DNA of 58,362 bases, the filler included, from Dugesia japonica (taxonomy: Eukaryota): assembly GCA_001938525.1 (NCBI GenBank). It is 4 parts of 4 records of this genome, joined end to end, with 100 filler letters (N's around TTAATTAATTAA, not from the genome) between each part and the next. Parts side by side here need not be neighbours in the genome. Positions count along the whole stretch, not along the records: positions 35,689 to 58,362 come from MQRL01632738.1; 3 more parts are not named here. One strand, 5' to 3'. A model generated the notes under the pieces. The model was given only the letters and a program-made list of their open reading frames with translations. It did no database searches and was not told the DNA's origin. Of the stretch, positions 51,972 through 58,362 are shown piece after piece (position 1 is the stretch's first letter; each line of letters opens with the position of its first letter). The position numbers and the translations under genes are program-made.

Positions 51972-52410
51972 CAGTGCCGTATCTAGGATATCTAGATATT
52001 TAGCCATATTGTTAAATTTTAAAAATCTACTACGTAGTAACGCAATTTACTACAGTTTATACAAAACTTGCGTTTTATTATGAAAAAAGATAGCTTAAGT
52101 GGATTAGCTATTTTGTCGATCGAATATGATTTGTTTAAAGAGACTAATTTTAATGACATTATCGACGAATATGCAAGTATTAACNCTTTCGCACCGACTT
52201 TCGGCTGATGACAATAAGCTAAATTTATATATTGGAACTTGTTAATATTGTGGCGCTTCTGAATATCCAGAAAGTCCTACACTGAAAATAAACTCTAACA
52301 CCGCAAATTACTTTAAAAATTTCCCAGTAGGATCATGATGAAAGTTTATTGGACATATTGTCTCAATAGGGGTGAAGGGGTTAAAACAAGAAATATTAAA
52401 TTAAATTAGA
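51972..52410 (+). mobile_element. Internally deleted hAT remnant
   Basis: CAGTGCCGTATCTAGG terminus; MKKDSLSGLAILSIEYDLFKETNFNDIIDEYASI(KTRN) hAT tail interrupted by a MITE. Confidence 0.65.
52184..52380. mobile_element. piggyBac-type MITE with TTAA target duplication
   Basis: TTAA|CNCTTTCGCACC ... GGTGAAGGGG|TTAA. Removing it restores the hAT reading ASIKTRN. Confidence 0.7.
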
Positions 52411-53599
52411 AAAATTATTAGATTTGTTAAATTTTAAATAAAATTACAATGATTTTTTAATATCATAATTTGCACTCGGGAGTTTTTTTTATAAAAGTTT
52501 TTGGTAACTCAAAGCATTTTTTAATAATAAAAAACATGTTTACATTAAAATACAAAAATTTATATTAAGTGTAAATATATTCAACACAAAGAGATGTGAC
52601 TTTATTTCTGACTAAATTTATGTCACTGCTACGGCGACACTCGAGGGCAAAAGAATTTGTTTTCAGAAAAAAATTTGATATTTTATGGATTTATTCCATT
52701 TCAGTTGCAACTTCACTGATTTGATAATACCGTTTGTTAGCTATCGCTAAATTATTAGTTGCTTTTTCAATAACCGGATCCATAAAATAATTAAAATAAC
52801 TTCAAGATTTATTTATAACAATAATTGTATTAATCATATTAATTATTCTAATTCAGAATATTAAAGCCAAGTTTTACAAGGCTAAACTATTTTAATGTTG
52901 ACAAACTTACTGGTTATAATAATCAATGTAAAAGTTATGAAATAAGATAAAAGTCTGCTGAAATCAAACGTAAAAAACTTGGACCAGCATCAATCTGAAA
53001 AGAAGGCTCTCCACACACTTTTGCTTACATCTTCTTGTGTAAACCATCTCTTTCATCTCCTTTTGCTAAATCTGAAAATGAGTTCAATTACTGCATATTC
53101 AATGAACCTTGTTCTAATTCTTCTTCTTCGGGCCTTCATTAAATCGCTTGCCTTTGTTTTTTCTTTTCTCAAAGATGATGGTGAAACGTATGTTGGGATT
53201 CAGTCTAGCACAAAACCGACCAAATCACACAATCACACATGCAATTACTCGTACAATCACATACAGTACAAAAGTTGATCAATATCCAAACAACGATACA
53301 AACAATCTAACATTCGATAAACATTCCTTATATTCGACAATTTTATTTACCAACCAACCACTTTATTTTATGTATATAATTCTATTAGACTTGGAAATAG
53401 AGTTAAGTATAAAATGTATTTAAAGCACAAAATGACACTGTAACAAATATATATAGCTTTTGAGGAATTCGTTATGTAATAATTTCTGAGCACTAAAATC
53501 ATACACACATTCAAACAGTCAATCACGCATTCACCTATTATNACATATATATGTCAATTTACTTTTATAAAGGTCAATATTGAAATATTATATTATTCT

Positions 53600-55960
53600 T
53601 AGTCATAACTCACATTTTCTCCTTTTAAAGTATTTCAGCCATTCAATATTTTTTATTATTTTTATACTATTAATAAGTTCTAATTCAAAACTTTTATCAT
53701 GTATTTTTTCTATAATTATTGCTGGTCCTTCACATCTGTTTTTATTTTTATGTGGACTTTCTCTTTTAATTATCATTTCGTCTTCAGTATTAAATTTTCT
53801 AATTGTATTATTCTTTTTTAAATTTTTGGAATATTCATAATTATTTAAATTAATAAATACTCTTTTAATATTCTTTAATTGCCTGATGATGACATTTATT
53901 TCGTCGAAATTGATTGAAACTAATAAATATTTTAAAAAATGATGTTCAATTATTTATTTAAATTGTTTATTATTCTTTTACGCTTTAGATTTCTTTTATT
54001 TACATTTTTTATCATTTCTAACAATCCATTCTTTGTTTAAAATTTTCCCAAAAACTATTTCAGCTGGAGATACATTCGTCGTTCTCTGAATTGTGGTGCT
54101 CATCATAAATTCTTTTTCTTGTAAAATTTCGGTCCAGTCTGTTGAGGTACAGTTGTACACAGTTGTAACACACAAAACACAGCATGCACAACATGCAAAC
54201 ATAACATGACATTAATCCTCAATCAGTTTGTCAAATACAATTAGATCATTCAAATCCTCAATCACTTCATCAAGTACAATTCAATCATCCAGCCTCAAGG
54301 ATGTCAATCCAAATATTAATTATGAACATCCATATTGCAATTTGTTTTTATGACATTATTTAATTTGATTATTTTATTTTCATGAATTATACAGTGTTGA
54401 TTATTTTATAGTGTTTCAATTATTTGTTTTGTACAGTTTTTAATTTTTTGCTGAAATTTATTTGTTATTGAACATTTTTTTTATTATTGAACATTATTTT
54501 TATGCTGAAATTTATTGAGTTTGTTTTAATATGTAAAAATTTTTTATTAATAANNNNNNNNNNNNNNNNNNNNNNNNNNNNNNNNNNNNNNNNNNNNNNN
54601 NNNNNNNNNNNNNNNNNNNNNNNNNNNNNNNNNNNNNNNNNNNNNNNNNNNNNNNNNNNNNNNNNNNNNNNNNNNNNNNNNNNGTATTCTGTCAAATTAA
54701 ACTAAGCTGATAAGTTGTGAATAGATAAGCATATTTCTGTATACATCAAAAATAAAATGGTACTTTTAAAAGTGTTTATTTATTTATTTATATAAGGAAA
54801 TTTACAGTTTATAACTCTATTTACATCATCGAATATTGATTATATAGTATAGTATTGACATATATACACAGGGATAAAATCTATACCCGTAAAAATCACA
54901 AACCAATTATTTATTACTAGCATCAAATACGAACCATAAAATCTTCTGTTGAGTTGAAATACCCAACATTACTATGATGATATGGAATTGAGTATTGAAT
55001 TTCATAATTAAATTCATTAACTAATTGTTGGAATAGATTTGATTTAAATGATTTTCCACGATCTGTATGTATTATTCTCGGTGCACCATATTTCAAAATC
55101 TAATTATTTTTTTAATATTTTAACTGTAGTTTCTTCGTCTTGATGTAAAACTGCATTGAGAGGTATAAATCTACTAAATTTATCAATTATAGGAAAAATA
55201 TTTTGTTTTCTATATAATATTTTCTGTAATGTGCTACAAAAATCAATTTGAATTATTTCAAAGATGTCATCAGCTGGAATAATAATAATTTTTTCTTTTG
55301 TTTATCTGTGTTTTTCTTAAAACATTATTATCTAACCTAGATTTTTTGCTCCAACTGCATCCTCTCTCATCAGAGTTTTGGCATTTCTTGAATTATCTCC
55401 TTGATTTTCTCCATCACTGGGACAAGTATCATCATCATTATCATCATAGGCATTCATTTGAAATCTTCGTGGCTTGTACATTTTTCTTCTTTCTGATCTC
55501 AAATGATTAATTTCATAGCATTGAAATCGGAGATGTCCTAGACTCTTACAATGCAAACATTTAACATTAGGACATTGTAAGCGTATTTAACCTTTTTCTC
55601 TGCATGCCCAACATTTTCTCACTTTGAAATTCTGAACATTGAATTCATAATTTCCTCTCATAAAATTTCCGGTATTTCTTCGATATATTTTGGAATCATA
55701 TTTCTGCTCATAATTTTTACTTTGACTTCAATTTCCATTGAATCTTGGTTTATTAAATCGATTATTTGAATTTGGAATTTCACGCGCTNCGGTTGCATAT
55801 GTAATATTTTTCTTCAACATTGATATTCCATATTCTGGTTCCATTTCCTTTTTCAATCCATCAACTTTAATTATAACTTCTTTCATTTTTCGAACATCTT
55901 CTATATCTCGCAATCTAAAATAAGTATCAGTTTTTAATTATTTCTCCTGGAAATTCGGTG
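53600..55960 (-). mobile_element. Ty3/Gypsy retrotransposon remnant (gag zinc knuckles plus integrase pieces)
   Basis: Tandem CCHC-like knuckles (CWAC..KG.I...CPNVKCLHCKSLGHLRFQC), integrase IIDKFSR, FM.STTIQRTTNVSPAEIVFG and EGPA.II. Confidence 0.8.
53883..53920 (+). ncRNA. Minimal hammerhead-ribozyme-like motif (degenerate)
   Basis: CTGATGA-T-GAC(atttatttc)GTC-GAAA-TTGA-TT with partial stem I pairing. Confidence 0.35.
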
Positions 55961-56034
55961 TCTTAAAACTATTAATGTATCATAGAACAGACTTTGTTTC
56001 AAAGCTTTAAAATTATTTGGAACTAAAAGGAAAT

Positions 56035-56255
56035 AATTAGGAAGAATTTTAACCAAAAGTTATTAAGATAGATTATTTTAAATAATTATTAGTTTCTATT
56101 TCACCTTGTTTTAATAATAAATTTTAATTAATTATTATTATTTTAATTAATTATTAGTTTCTATTTCACCTTGTTTTAATAATAAATTTATAGTTATTAA
56201 CTATGAAATAAATTATGAATATGTCTGAAATGAATAGTTGTATTTAGAAAATAAA
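56035..56255 (+). repeat. Dispersed repeat shared with about 38612-38740, with an internal ~65-bp duplication
   Basis: AATTAGGA.GAATTT.AACCAA.AGT.ATTAAGATA...GTTTCTATTTCAC.TTGTTTTA...AAATGAATA.TTGT.ATTTAGAAAATAA occurs in both places. Confidence 0.7.
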
Positions 56256-58362
56256 TTATCTTTAGAAGAGTTACAAGAGACCAAAACGACGAGATATATG
56301 TCAAGTGTTGGGAAAGCAATTGACCATCTAAATGTACTTATCAAATTTATCTTTGCAATGAACCCTGTAGTAAACGTTGTAGTATTTGTGTAAGATTGTA
56401 TAAGGATTTAACTTTAACATTTACCACGAGTACAAGATGAACTTATACGCTGGCTTACTGAATTCAAACAAAAGGAGGTAAGTATCCATTCTTGAGTGGG
56501 ATATAGTCTCTGGGTTCACTGAGAAAATGGAATTTGTACAGCAAGCAAATTCTTGAAGTTCTTATATGTTCGCTCCTGAAAAGTGGTTGATTTCTTGAAA
56601 CTAATAAAAATCCAATATTTTTTAACTGGATATAAAAATTCTGATCAATTTTAACTGATAATTTGATTTTCATCTGATTGTTATTAAATCACATTAGTTT
56701 TAAGACGTTTATATTTGATATATCATATTAAAAAGATTCTGCAAGTTGGACTGATAATTATTGTAAGTTTTCTTCGAGAACTGAGTGAATGTTACCCAGA
56801 ATAGTAAAAATAAATGAGTATGAAACATACTACTAAATGCTGAATGTAATGTTGAAGACTTTTAACTAACAATTCTAATAAGTTTATGAAAAGTTCTCAA
56901 GATCTAACCTTTAGTGAGTGTAGAAAATATTTTTTTAATGATTTAAATGACTTTTACCAGTGCCAATCACATACGTAAAAGTAAAAGTGCATATATACAC
57001 CTAAAATAGTTTTGTGGAATTTAACTTGGTTATTGTCTAAATTGGTGGTTCTTAGCATTCCTAGTGTCAAGACTTTTAAATGTAGTTGCTCACATTGTGG
57101 TGACCTCAAACAAAAAAATATTTTCTTTGTCACTTTATAACAGTAATTTTGCTACTTTGATGAACCGTTACGTAAATATCTGATATACGGTAAATATTCT
57201 CATTACTTTAAATTGTATATTAGATGAACAAATAATTGTTTTCGGAAATTTTTGATTGGCAACATCATTATGTGTACTCTATTTACATATTAAATGCTCT
57301 ACATGGAAACTAATAGAAATATGTATCTCAATTCTTAAGATCCTCGGAGCTGTGTGTTGTCATATCATCTTAGATGAGGCCCGCAAAAGTGTCATTTGAC
57401 CTCAATGGGGTTACGATTCAAAGGTTGAGAACCACGGGTCTAAATCAATCTATTAGTATGCCAACGATGAGCTATGATCACAAATGGTGAAACTCAAAAT
57501 AAAAAGATGTAGGTATTCAACCTAAGAAATGGATCACCGGCCTTATCTCGAATATCGAAAATGTGAATACTGGATTGAACTTTTATGTGTATTATGAAGT
57601 CATCCCCAGTAATAAGAAGGTAAACAAAACATTAAAGTTATACTTCGTATATTGCGGTAGATACGTACTGGGTTATAGGAGTACTTCCAAATAACACGCA
57701 CCTAGAACTCCGTATAACGCACTGTTTATACAGAATTAACTTATCTAGGCTCTATTTATAATTATTTCTATAATTATTATTATATTATAATTTTTACANC
57801 TTAAGAACCAAATAAAAATAATAATTTATTGGGAATTTATGTGAATAAATACAAATGTATTGATTAATCTAACTCCAAATTTTTGTGTTCACTTAATTAA
57901 CCAAGTCTCAGCGACATATTAATTTTCAATCAATTAATACACAGAATATAAACAGCAATAAATCCATCCCCATTAAATTACAATAATCCCTTTCTCCTTT
58001 GCATCCGAAAGTTGAAAATTGAATTTTCAACTACCGTAATAATTTTTAATAAATAGATTTTAATTAATATACTAGTTCAATTTGATAAAAAAAAATTTAT
58101 TAATTAAGTATGATTATAATCTGATATTGGATTTAAGACTAAATGAATAAATAGTGGTTTCAATTTCTTTCATGAATTCTCCAATATTGTATGATTATAA
58201 CACTTAAATTTGTATGGATGGGAAGTCTTGACAGAACTCCAAAGGGGTTGAAGTGGAAGAAGGCAGCAATGTCTTCAGCCGTTCTTACCCCAGGAATGGG
58301 AAATAAGTCATGAAAGGTCGCAGGCCGTTAAATTCTATTAATTATATTGTTAGGGTGACACA

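Overview
This is very AT-rich animal (metazoan) genomic DNA from a gapped draft assembly, not prokaryotic DNA. Three identical artificial linkers (N44-TTAATTAATTAA-N44 at about 8.9, 25.0 and 35.6 kb) join four independent pieces: 1-8849, 8950-24970, 25071-35588 and 35689-58362. Genes are spliced, with either tiny introns (42-68 nt) or multi-kb transposon-filled introns, so most are invisible in the ORF track. Host genes rebuilt by hand are: a TNFAIP8/TIPE-family gene; the first two exons of a divergent SLC6-like transporter; the first three exons (192 aa) of a GSDME/pejvakin-like gasdermin pore-forming domain, followed by a Gypsy insertion and a scaffold break; a weaker upstream exon chain that may encode a gasdermin C-terminal-like domain; and the last six exons of a CDH23/Cad87A-like cadherin ending in a PDZ-binding motif. 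The rest is decayed transposons (hAT, Mutator, mariner, four Gypsy elements, several MITEs), a ~6 kb element with long terminal inverted repeats and Polinton-like ends, a dispersed family of Penelope-type minimal hammerhead-ribozyme-like motifs, and micro/minisatellites. All family assignments come from motif recognition by eye and memory; no searches were run.
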